From contig CAVWLW010000052.1 of assembly GCA_963755715.1 (NCBI GenBank), positions 64,001-128,000 of the forward strand: 64,000 bases of DNA, read 5' to 3'. Every line of letters starts with the position of its first letter. Within the stretch, counting starts at the first letter, position 1. The notes beneath the pieces are model-generated. The model was not told the DNA's origin. It was given only the letters and a program-made list of their open reading frames with translations, and searched no databases. Both the position numbers and the translations under genes were made by a program. Shown here piece by piece: positions 53,049-63,142 of the stretch. Source of the stretch: an uncultured delta proteobacterium. Lineage in GTDB: Bacteria; Desulfobacterota; Binatia; UBA9968.

Positions 53049-54176
53049 TTAACCAAGCGGCACCTGCAAATTGTAAAGCCGTGCAGCGTTCTCGCCTAAA
53101 ATTCGATTCTGCGTTTCGTTCGAAAATCCTGCCTTGCGGATGCGCGAGACGGTTTCCGGCCATTTGCTGTCGCCGTGCGGATAGTCGGAAGCGTACATGA
53201 TGCATTGGTCGCCGATAGCGTTAATCACGGCGGGTAGCATCAACTCGCCTGGCTCGCAGGAAACCACCATGCGGCCTTCGGCGAAAAGCTCGCTCGGTTT
53301 GATGCGGCTCTTCGGCCGCTTGCGGTTTAAGACTCCATCGTACATGCGCGGGTTCTTTTCACCGCGCTCGTGCATCTCGTCCATTCTTTCAATCCAATAG
53401 GGCAGCCAGCCGCAGCCGGTTTCGAGGAGGCCGAAACGAATCTTCGGAAAAAGATCGACGATCCCGCCACCGACGAGAGAAACCATCGCCGTGGTGAGTG
53501 TGAGCGGCATGGACACGGCTTTGGCGCCCCAGAAATGATCGAACAATTCCTGGCCGACGGTGGGATACATTCCCGTGACGGTGTGCACTCCGACACCGAC
53601 GTCGAGCTGCTCGACGGTTTCCCAGAACGGATAAAGCTCGGGATGATCGAGGGTGCGCGTGCCGATGGTCCCCGTGACCATGACACCGACCGCGCCTTGT
53701 GATTTAACGGCGTGTTTCAATTCTTCCGCCGCCGCTTTGGGATCTTGTAGAGCAACGATCGCAGCAAAGCGCAGCCGTCCGCCGCTTTGAGCGCAGCGTT
53801 CGGAGATCCAAGTGTTGTACGCGCGGGCGATTGCCGTGGCGAGTCCCGCGTGCTCGAGACTATTTATCGACATCAGGACATTCGGATAGATCACCTGGAG
53901 ATCGATACCCTCGAGATCGAGATCGGCCAGCCGGCCGGAGACGTTGCTGAGATCGAGATCTTTGACCGAGAGCGTCGGTGTCGAATTGGCGATACTGCCC
54001 GGCGTGCCGGGACCCCAACCGAACGGCTTGGTGATCAGGCGCCCTTCGATCAAGTAGAATCCGCGTCCGTCGTCGAACGTGACGAAGCGCGGCCGGTTCC
54101 GGTAGAATTCTTTGTCCATATAGTTGTCGAAAACTTCCTGCGGAATTTGAGTGTGTCCATCGGCATCGATGATCAT
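53049..54176 (-). CDS. Amidohydrolase family protein
   Basis: IIDADGH, GVH, ETGCGW, YASDYPH, ENAARLY; RBS GAGGAGG. Confidence 0.88.
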   Translation of the reverse strand: MIIDADGHTQIPQEVFDNYMDKEFYRNRPRFVTFDDGRGFYLIEGRLITKPFGWGPGTPGSIANSTPTLSVKDLDLSNVSGRLADLDLEGIDLQVIYPNVLMSINSLEHAGLATAIARAYNTWISERCAQSGGRLRFAAIVALQDPKAAAEELKHAVKSQGAVGVMVTGTIGTRTLDHPELYPFWETVEQLDVGVGVHTVTGMYPTVGQELFDHFWGAKAVSMPLTLTTAMVSLVGGGIVDLFPKIRFGLLETGCGWLPYWIERMDEMHERGEKNPRMYDGVLNRKRPKSRIKPSELFAEGRMVVSCEPGELMLPAVINAIGDQCIMYASDYPHGDSKWPETVSRIRKAGFSNETQNRILGENAARLYNLQVPLG

Positions 54177-54196
54177 AAAACCTCCTCGGTTTCGCT

Positions 54197-55225
54197 TTAA
54201 CGTTTCAGTTCTTGTTGCACCGCCCGAATCAGATTCCAATCGACGAAATCTCTCGGCGCAAAAGTTGATTGGGTAATTTTCGCGTCCTGCTGCGCCCGCT
54301 TGATGGCCGCGTTGATAATTTCGTCCGACCCTTCACCCTTGAAGTTATAAGTGGCGATCGCTGCATCGTAAGCCAATTGGGAAGTCTCTCGGTCGAGATT
54401 CCAATCTTTCTGGATCAGCGCTACCGCTTCGTTCGGGTGATCGGTCGCGTATTGAAGCCCGCGCACGAGAGCGCGCAGCATACGGCGAATCTGATTGGGA
54501 TTGTCGCGCAACTTCGCTCGGCGCGCCACAAGACCGTTTTCCGCGAAGCGCGGCAGTATCTCCGGTCCCGAAACCAAGCGGTTGAAGCCTTTGCGAACCG
54601 CCATCGCATCATAAGGCGGCGACAACGTGCTGGCCGCAACGGCACCGGAGAAAAGCGCCGTGAGTCCTTGGGTGACGTCGATGGTCGAAATCAACTTCAC
54701 GTCCTTCTCCGCGTCCAAACCGAGATACTTCACCATCGCCACGGTCGCGTGATAGTGGCTGCCGCGCGAGCCGCCGTGGCCGATAAGGCCGCCGCGCAGG
54801 CCTTTGGCATCTTTGATGTCAGGCCTGCTGATCAAATATAGAAGCGGCTTGTCCGTCGATACATAGGTTGCGACCAACGGCGCACCGCCAACGGCGGCGC
54901 CTAAACCGGAGTTGAAAGCCGTGATGTAGTCGAGATCGCCGGACACCAATGCCGCGATGGCGGTGCTGGTCTTTGTCGTGATCGGTTTTAAGTCGAAACC
55001 TTCGCTCTCAAAAATCCCGTAGCGCTGCGCGAGGTAGATCGGCAGATTGAGGACGTGTTTCGCGGAGAGACCGAGAGTCACGGGTTCAAGCTTGTGTGCG
55101 GCGCTCGGTTTTTCTTGAGCCGGAATGCACGCGGGTTGGAGCAGCGAAAACAAAAAGACGGAGAGGATGAAGACGAGGCGCGAGAAATAGTCGGGCGCGG
55201 ATCGAAGGGATTTCACAAGGCCCAA
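54197..55225 (-). CDS. ABC substrate-binding protein, NMT1/SsuA-like
   Basis: Hydrophobic N-terminus; GIFESEG, LVSGDLDY. Confidence 0.84.
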   Translation of the reverse strand: MGLVKSLRSAPDYFSRLVFILSVFLFSLLQPACIPAQEKPSAAHKLEPVTLGLSAKHVLNLPIYLAQRYGIFESEGFDLKPITTKTSTAIAALVSGDLDYITAFNSGLGAAVGGAPLVATYVSTDKPLLYLISRPDIKDAKGLRGGLIGHGGSRGSHYHATVAMVKYLGLDAEKDVKLISTIDVTQGLTALFSGAVAASTLSPPYDAMAVRKGFNRLVSGPEILPRFAENGLVARRAKLRDNPNQIRRMLRALVRGLQYATDHPNEAVALIQKDWNLDRETSQLAYDAAIATYNFKGEGSDEIINAAIKRAQQDAKITQSTFAPRDFVDWNLIRAVQQELKR

Positions 55226-55304
55226 TCATAGTTCCGACCCGGGCTGATGCGCAAGTATATATTGACTGCTTGAGTTACACAGGTATGATTCGTCAAATGT
55301 TCGA

Positions 55305-56278
55305 TTGGAGAAAATATTGAGAACCATTGTTTGTGCCTTGTTCGTTTGGGCGGTACTGGTCACGTCTGCGGAGGCGCGCAAGGTGACTGTCGCTGTTCCC
55401 GTGCTCGACGTGACACAGAGCGCTTTGTTTGTCGCGCGCGACCGGGGGTTCTTCCAGAAAGAAGGTTTGGAAGTCGATTTGATCCTCATGCGCGGTGGCG
55501 TCGCGAATCAAGCGCTGATTGCCGGCAACGTCGAATTTACCACCGTGCCGACGGCCGGACTGCAGGCGGCGCTTCAAGGCGCGCCGCTCAAGGTCGTGCT
55601 CAGCACCTTTCACAAGCCGATGTTCTGGCTTTACTCAAGGCCGGAAATCCGCAGCGTCAAGGAATTGCATAATAAAAAAATCGCAGTGTCGAGTCTCGGC
55701 GCGGCCGGCGATTCCGCGTTGCGCGAGTTGATCAAGAAAAACGGCATGGATGAAAATCGCGACGTGGCGATCCTCGCCGTCGGCACCACTGCGACGCGGT
55801 TGGCCGCGCTCTCTGCCGGCGTGGTCGACGCCGCGATGATGACGTTTCCGCACAATATCACCGCCGCCGAGTCCGGGTTTTCGCGAGCTGGTCTCGTTCA
55901 TCGCTTCGGATATCATTCAGCTTCAGGGTGCGATTGTGACGCGCGAAGCGCTGTTCAACACGGAACCCGACAGTCGTGGAAAAATTTTTGCGCGCGACGA
56001 TCAAGGGAATCATTTACTATTCGACCAACCGGAGCGGCGCGATCCAAATTCTCGCGCGCGATGTCAAGACGCAGGAGAGCCTTGCGGCGAAGATCTACGA
56101 TCTGGTCAAGCCGGCGCTCACGCCGGAAAGCATTCTGAATGATGATTTGCAGAAACGCGTAATGGCACCGCTGTTGGAGCGAGTCACTAAGCGCGATCCG
56201 TCTACGGCGAGGTTTTTCGATTTCGCTCTGGCGCGAAAAATTAACGGTGAGTTAAAGGCTGAGGGGTGGAAGCCGTAG
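55305..56278 (+). CDS. ABC substrate-binding protein, NMT1/SsuA-like (frameshifts ~55880 and ~55970)
   Basis: RGFFQKEGLEV, KKIAVSS; C-terminal part in ORF 55976-56278. Confidence 0.82.
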
Positions 56279-56435
56279 ATGTAGGTTAAAGTCGTTCAAA
56301 ACGTTCAAGCCGTTTCTGCTAAAGTACTCTCCGTCGTTCAAAGCTTCATTCCAGCATGGTCTCTTGACACAAATCCAGGCGGGATTTATTCGACCTCGAC
56401 AAAGTATTTGCGATACGGTTCCTCTAGTGCGCGCG

Positions 56436-57719
56436 CTATCGAAGCGCGGCGAGCTTGTTTCTCCAGTGCGTCTGCCAATCCGTGCCGTTCGTGATCACTT
56501 CGGATACTACTGTCAGATGCGGAAAGCGATTCTTTTCCGCGCGGCGAATCACGTGGGGCGCTTCGCGACCGGCTTCAACGTCGCGAATGGCGCGTAAGAC
56601 TTGACGGCGCGCGGCGATGATCGCCCTGTCGCTAGGGCCGAGGAACTCCAACGTGCGGTCGACGATCGGGCCGCTGCCTTCGACGATAGCGGTGTCTTGC
56701 ACGTTGAAGATCCGTCCCATTCCGGAAAAACTCCACGTCTTCATCGACTCGCGATCTTGCAGGTAGCGATTTCCCTTGTTGCGCAACGGCCGATAGCCGG
56801 GCGTCAGTTCGTCGAGGATTTCCTGGTTTCTTTGAATGTCTTTTTCTTCCATCGGCGCGCTGCGGCGAAAGACGATGTCGTAGCGCCAGTGGCTGCGTGT
56901 CGTCGATCGGCACATGCCAGTAAAGATTGTAACCGTCGCCGGACATGGGGCCGGGGATCGTCGCCTTGTTGGGCAGAATGAAGTTTGTCACGCGAAAAAA
57001 AGTGCGACCCTTGTCGGTATCTCTCGTTGAAAAGATCCGCACGCCATAGTCCGTCTCTTCAATATCGATCTCGGGCGCCACGTCGGCTTCATAGAGTGCG
57101 AGCGGCAGTTTGCCATCGCTGCCTTCGACGGGTCGTTTCAAATTCTCTGGCACATTGGCTTGGCGGTGCAGATAAGACACGTGACTGGGGTCGAGGTTGC
57201 CTTCGTTCGCCTGAAAGTAATTGCACTCGTGAAAAATCTTGGTTACGAGCACGTGGCCCGGACGGCGCGAGAAAGGGCTCATAGGCGGGAAAGAGCGGCA
57301 GCTTCGCCGGGGCCCATATAGGCAAAAATAATCCCGGCCTGCTCATGACACGGATACGCTGGATGATGGACTTTTTCGCAGAATCTCTTTGTGAGGGTTC
57401 GCACGGTTGCTCTAGGCAGTTGCCGTGCCGGTCGTAAAGCCAGCCGTGATAAAGACAACGCAGACCACCATTCTCAACGCGGCCATAACTCAAGTCGGCG
57501 CGCCGGTGCGAACAGTGCAGACCGAGTAATCCGAGCTGTCCTTGATCGTCGCGGAACAGCACGAGATCCTCACTCATGATGCGCACCGGCAAAGGCGCGC
57601 CATTCGCGGGCACTTCTTCCGCCAGAGGCTACCGGCTGCCAATAGCGACGCAACAAAGCGCCGCCTGGAGTGCCGGGGCCGGTGCGGGTTAGCAGGTCGT
57701 TTTCTTCTTGTGATAACAC
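56436..57719 (-). CDS. Rieske non-heme iron oxygenase alpha subunit (phthalate 4,5-dioxygenase/LigX-like), several frameshifts
   Basis: SQEENDLLTRTGPGTP..RRYW, CSHR...CLYHGW Rieske motif, EGNLDPSHVSYLH iron site, QD, E.LG.SD. Confidence 0.86.
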
Positions 57720-58113
57720 TGTAAGCACTTTCTGGATTAAGACTATCGAAATATATCCTTGACGCGTAGACAAGGTCAAATTCGAAATACTATTTTGCTA
57801 CGAGAAAAGACCAGCGCAGCAACGCTGCAACTAAAAAGGGAACGAGATTGAACCATAACGTTCGGCGGGAAGAACACGCCCGGCGTGAAATAAGCGATCG
57901 TCGAGAATCAGACAGAACGTCCAAGGAAGGTCATCCGTCCTTTACGTGCTTGAACCAAAAGATTTCGCGCTGCGCTCGAGCGACAGATAGCGAACCGACA
58001 GTAACGCGCTGCACGACGGAATGCGATAACGACCGCAGATTTGTTTGACCTCTGACGATGGGCTGTGATTATGTAGGTCGACGAAGGTTTGGATTTATTC
58101 GTGGAGGTTGATT

Positions 58114-58827
58114 ATGGTGAGTTCATGGCAGAGCATCAAAATCGATCAAAGCAATATGCCGCTTTATCTGAGCGTGCCGGAAAGCGGCGGATCCGTGCCG
58201 GGGGTCGTCGTTGTGCACGGACAGTCGGGGTTGGAAAACTTCATCAAAGACACGACACACATGCTAGCGCTCCAGGGCTACGTCGCCGTGGCTCCCAATC
58301 TTTATCATCGCGACAGTCCCGACTGTAAGGACGATAATCCGACGCGCAAGGCACGACTCCGCGATACGACGATCATCAAGGACATCGAAGGGGCAATCGG
58401 CTTTCTAAAGAGCCATTCTCGGGTCGATGGCGGAAAGCTCGGGATCGTCGGCTTTTGCATGGGTGGTCGTCTTGTCTATCTCATGTCGGCGGCGAGCCGG
58501 GATATCAAAGCCGGCGTGATGTTTTATGGCAGCGGCACGATGGTGCCGTTCGGCGAAGGTCCGACGCCTTTCGAGCGCACGAGCGAGATCAATTGTCCGA
58601 TCCAAGGTCATTTTGGCGCGGAAGATAAAAATCCGTCGCCTGAAGACATGCGCAAGCTCGACGCCGAGCTTACGAAGTTCGGCAAAGCTCATGAGTTTCA
58701 CACTTACGCCGGCGCCGCTCATGCTTTTGTCAACACCGGCTCGAGTAACTACCGGCCGCGCGCGGCGGCTCTGTCATGGCCAAAAGCGATGGAGTTTTTT
58801 AGCAGGCATCTGGTCGGCACGAAATAG
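58114..58827 (+). CDS. Dienelactone hydrolase family protein
   Basis: GFCMGG nucleophile motif, FYG, D, GAAHAF; RBS GGAGG. Confidence 0.92.
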   Translation: MVSSWQSIKIDQSNMPLYLSVPESGGSVPGVVVVHGQSGLENFIKDTTHMLALQGYVAVAPNLYHRDSPDCKDDNPTRKARLRDTTIIKDIEGAIGFLKSHSRVDGGKLGIVGFCMGGRLVYLMSAASRDIKAGVMFYGSGTMVPFGEGPTPFERTSEINCPIQGHFGAEDKNPSPEDMRKLDAELTKFGKAHEFHTYAGAAHAFVNTGSSNYRPRAAALSWPKAMEFFSRHLVGTK

Positions 58828-59021
58828 AGATCTCGGAAGGCGGGGTCGCGGCTGTATTTGCTGATAGAAAAAGCCGCTGTCTGAAGATTGGTTCGTGACG
58901 TTAAGCCTACACGGTACGAACCAAACCGGACTCCTGAATTTTTCCTCGCGGGTAATCCTGTGCCAAAGCGTAGGTTCCAATCTGCAAAACGAACGGGTTT
59001 GATAGAACTGCGGCGTGAAAC

Positions 59022-59066
59022 GGCTTGAACGATTTGAACGTTTGGAACGGCCAAATCGTTCAAGCG
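59022..59066. repeat. Short GTTCAA/TTGAAC tandem repeats (also 56293-56342)
   Basis: TTGAACG-ATTTGAACG-TTTGGAACG ... CGTTCAAG. Confidence 0.55.
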
Positions 59067-59783
59067 CTTCTTATTGGCATGAGAGGCCGGAAGCTACTTA
59101 ACCGGATCCGGCACTCCGGGCGGTTTGGTCTTAGCATCGTAGAATTCCTGCGAAAATTCAGGTCAGCCAGTGAATCGGCATGGCCTCCCGACTGTCCTCT
59201 TGAATGAATGAACTTCGCTGATTCAGCCTTCGCCGATTCCGTTCATGCATCATATCTATGTCGTGATACATCATGTCTATGTCGGCGAGAGTTCCGCGAA
59301 GCCCGTGTCACCGCAGATTCAGCACTTCTATGTGGCTGCGCCGGCGCGCGCAGGTTAATCTAAGGCATTCCCGCCCCCGAATCTTACCGCACGCATGACG
59401 AAGGCCGCGCCAGGTGTGCAATCTCACGTGCAAGGATCACCCGATAAACCAACATGCCGTGGTCAGCCCAGCGAAAGACTGTAACTCAGTCGCGCACCTA
59501 GCGAACCCGATAATTCCAGCCGGAAGATGTGCTTCAGCAAACTACCTAAGTTGTACTTGTTATCCCTGCCGACCGTTGCACGGAATGCTCTGCGGATCGC
59601 AATAATTTCTCACGTAACTTTGTAGTACCCTGAGGCATGCGAGACTTACCGTAGAGTTTTCACTACCCTGGGGTAGAGCCAAAACTACCCTTCAGGTGTA
59701 TCGCCGTCTCATTTAGGAACTTACCATTCGAAATTCTTCCGTTCACTCCACATTTTACTCTCGTCGAATCTCAGCACTGAGGG

Positions 59784-59798
59784 TGGCACGACGGTTGC
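59784..59798 (+). promoter_or_regulatory. Sigma54 (-24/-12) promoter
   Basis: TGGCACG-ACGG-TTGC matches the TGGCAC-N5-TTGC consensus, about 180 bp upstream of the Tat protein gene. Confidence 0.7.
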
Positions 59799-59980
59799 GC
59801 TACGAAAGTCCGCGTCGGAGGTGCCAGCGTTCATCGCTTTGATGCTGTTCTATGCGTTCGGCTCCCAAAAAGCAGATTGAGAGAAGGTGATGCCTATGTT
59901 TTGAAGAGATTCATCCTTTCACCCTATCGGATATGTGCAAAGTCTCTACGCAGGCTCGTAAGCCTGTTAAAGGAGGACAC

Positions 59981-60882
59981 ATGAGATTGGAGAGCTTGAC
60001 ACCAGATCGCATCAAGACGAGGCACACGTTGGTCGCGCGTCATCTCGCGTGGCATACACCGATCTCTCGCAGGACGTTTCTCAGGGCTGGAATCGGCACG
60101 TCCGCGATGGGCGCGGCACTCGGCGCGGGCTCTTACGGCCCGTAGCCGCCTCGGCCGCTCCCGGGATCGGCAATGTGCTGCCAATCCCCAGCACGCTGGA
60201 GCCTTTCCCTGGTGTAGAGATTCACGTGCAAGCACCGCCCTTCACTGGGCCCAATACCGATCCGTCGACCGTCTGGAACTTCCAGGGCGCTTCAGGCATC
60301 GCCTTCATGGACACTTCGGCAACGCGTAGGCATAGGAAGACCGGCGAGGAGGAGGTCCTGCCCTCGACAATGAACCACATGACGTTGATGCAGGGCATCT
60401 ACGTCGGGCGAGATGGTCACGTGCGGGAGGGTACCTTCTCCTTCGTTTGAATTGACATCTACGCCCCTGGAGGGGCGCAGCAGCTGCACGATTTCAACCC
60501 CGGGATTACCCAGAATGGCCTTTTTTGGACGGTCGTTCTCCCAGCCGACAATGTCCATGTAGACCTCAGCGCAGGGGCAGCCACGCTCGAAGTGGACTCC
60601 CTGGACATGAAGGACTATTACACCCTTGAGAACTCATTTCTGGCTAACATTGGGCAACCGACCCCTGCAGTGATGTCTTTCACCGTCGTGTGGAACGCAA
60701 CTGGTAGCGTCAACCACTACGATAACGAGGCCGAGAATTTCCGGGGCGATTGTAGGGACACCTTAGGGCGGATCGAGTACTCGGGACGCGCTGGCGATTT
60801 TGAGTTCCAGTCCGCTCCTCTTGCCAGCTCGACGACCGTCGCCGCAGAGATTGGTCGTGAGAGCAACGGCTCGTTCTACTAA
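59981..60882 (+). CDS. Tat-exported hypothetical protein with in-frame TGA (candidate selenoprotein); frameshift near 60130
   Basis: RBS AGGAGG; SRRTFL Tat motif and ASA cleavage site; ORF 60049-60450 ends in TGA and the same frame stays open to TAA at 60882. Confidence 0.7.
60451..60483 (+). promoter_or_regulatory. Candidate bacterial SECIS hairpin
   Basis: UGA + 11 nt + CGCCCC-UGGA-GGGGCG stem-loop with G in the apical loop. Confidence 0.55.
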
Positions 60883-61207
60883 GTGCTGGCCAGTCGAAGC
60901 TTCGCAGTGGGCGTTTATGCCCAAGGCAGGGCCGGATTGACGGCGTCTCGGTCCGCGAGGACGGAATCGAACGTGGAAGTAAGATCGCCGGCCGTGCCGT
61001 CAATCTGTTCCTCAAGCCGGAGAAAAAATAGCTTTTCCCACAGGGACGTAGCTCGAATTCTGTGTCGTTGGATCTGGGCTACGTTCCTACGAGAGGGTGC
61101 GGCCTGTCAGATTAGACATCCTTGCGCGTTTCATTCGTTTCACCTTCTTGTATAATGTTATTTGGGGAGAAATACACGGTTTCAAAAGCGGCCTGTCAAG
61201 CCACCTC

Positions 61208-62680
61208 AAAATCTAACCGGAGCTGGGATTCGTTGAGTCATGTGGAAATCTAACCGAAGGTTGTGTACGAATCTGTCCTTCTATTTCAAATTTCTGATGT
61301 TTGAGTTTGTTGCTGAAGGTCCAGCCTCTCCATGCTGAGCCCGACCGATGAGATACGGAGCGAGTCTTTTGGGGGTTGAGCTCAGGGTTTGGCCGCATTT
61401 CTTTTATTGGGGTTTTCTCCCGCATAGCACCATTTCGTTGAGCCGCTAAAGGGTAAGAGAGTCGAGTTGCTGATCGATACGATGTGACAGTTCAAAAGGG
61501 TCGGTATTTTGCCCCAGGGATTTTAGCCCCTGGATCTGTGGGAGAGTTTTGTTTTGGGATTTGAGTACCCGCTTTAGAGGAGTAGAGGGCGGATCGTAAT
61601 GGCGCATCACCCGTGAGCCTTGACGGACTTTGCTTCGAAGCTTCATGGAAGGCTGGAACAGATTCTGAAAGATCCGAAGCTGCTCATAGAGCTGGTTGAT
61701 CCTCTTGAGGGCTTCTAAAGTGTCGTAGCGCTCCCAGCCCAAGAGTTTACGCACGTGGGTCCAGTTTTTCTGCTCCACATGCGTATTGTCATCTTTTTTG
61801 TGGGGCGCGAGCGGGTGAACTAGATTTTAGAGGTTTTGGGTCTTTGCTGACAGAAATTAAACAGGTGGGTATTGATGAACTCGCTGCCGTTGTCGGAGTC
61901 AATGCCGCGCATTGCGAAAGGCAATCTCTGCTCAATTTCTCTAAGCGCCGCCACAATTCCGAGCTGGCCTTTGCCCATGACCGCCTGTCGTTCCACCCAG
62001 CCGGTGGTGATATCGACACAGTCCAGAGTGTAGATGAACTCCCCAGCTGCCGAGGCGCCCGAATGCGCGACCAGGTCGATTTCTAGATAGCCGGGCAAAG
62101 CCACCTCCCAATGATCAGTCTTGATAGTAATCATGTGTTTGAGAAGTGAGCCTGGGCGAGTGGTGCCATAGAGGCGTCGTTTGACGGTGCGCTTGTGGGG
62201 GAAAAGCCGCCGATCCATCACGAGCACTGATCGCCAAGAGCTCTTTTTCCAATTCTTCGTTCACCTTAAAGTGCTTCTTGATCCAGGGGAGCCACTGCGG
62301 CAGTGTCGCCTTTAGACGCTGAGAGCACAGATAGCCGGAGGCTTCCCAGACCTTGGCCAGCACCTTAATGCTTGCCTTACTGTAGGTCACCGAGCGCGGC
62401 GTCACACCTCGGCGCACAGCGCCTGGGCAAAGGACGGCTTAAAAGCCAGATGGCGTACTTGCGGTTATAACCGCACACCTTGCAGAACTCTTCCAACATC
62501 GCGCTCTTCTCTGTGCGCCGCCCCTGTCGGTAGCGCTTATGAATCGATCGCAAATACTCCCGCTTGGATTGTCGCGCCATACTGAATCCCTCCATCACTC
62601 CCCTTCTTCTCCTCCACAGCATGAGGCCAAGGAGGGTTAGATTTCCAAACGGCGCAACGAACCTTTACTCGGTTAGATTA
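61208..62680 (-). mobile_element. Insertion sequence with integrase-core (rve-type) transposase
   Basis: Imperfect ~45-bp inverted ends, each with two AATCTAACC / GGTTAGATT motifs; TGGAAATCTAACC (61243-61255) pairs with GGTTAGATTTCCA (62635-62647). Confidence 0.75.
61213..62580 (-). CDS. Transposase, integrase catalytic domain (multiple frameshifts)
   Basis: MARQSKREYL, GYNRKYAI, PGYLEIDLVAH, DSDNGSEFIN, NTHVEQKNWTHVR (DDE triad). Confidence 0.88.
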
Positions 62681-62818
62681 TACAGGCGCAATACGAGCGG
62701 TTGACAGCGAAGTTCACGGTCGGATACGCTCTCGAACCGATCCGACAGCCTCGCGTTTCCAGCCTCCTCGCGATTAGCCAAGCGACAGTTCTCTTAGAAT
62801 AGTTTTAGGGGAACTCTG

Positions 62819-63112
62819 ATGGGATGGCTTAGGGCAGTAAAGAAGAAAACGGATTCACAGGCTACCAAACTGAGCCAACTCAAAGAAGAGCTGCGCCGCG
62901 TCGCCGAGAAATTCGAACCTCACAAGGGCAAGTTTTCCGAAGCCCTAGAGCAGCACGTTCACGATCTAAAGCCAGAAGTCGAAATTGAGCTTTCAGAGTC
63001 CAAAACTCTGCAGGCAATCTCCGATGTTTGCGCCCTTGCTTTTGCCACTGCTGCAAGTGACGACACTGAGCTGGTGATCAGATTTGGTAAGCGGATGAAG
63101 GGGACTAAGTAG
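62819..63112 (+). CDS. Hypothetical protein
   Basis: 97-aa ORF with RBS AGGGG; no family recognised. Confidence 0.5.
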   Translation: MGWLRAVKKKTDSQATKLSQLKEELRRVAEKFEPHKGKFSEALEQHVHDLKPEVEIELSESKTLQAISDVCALAFATAASDDTELVIRFGKRMKGTK

Positions 63113-63142
63113 GCGCGAAGCGTAAGGCGTGAGGTGAGATCA

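Noticed and set aside
59414-59605. Cys-rich 63-aa ORF as a possible RiPP or metallothionein
   Set aside because: GTG start without RBS, no regular Cys pattern, and no modifying enzymes nearby.
10867-62580. About 15 genes with frameshifts, read as programmed frameshifting or mass pseudogenisation
   Set aside because: Single-base indels are scattered across unrelated genes, mostly in GC-rich or homopolymer contexts, with no accompanying nonsense decay. This best fits long-read consensus error, and it is also a caveat for the TGA finding.
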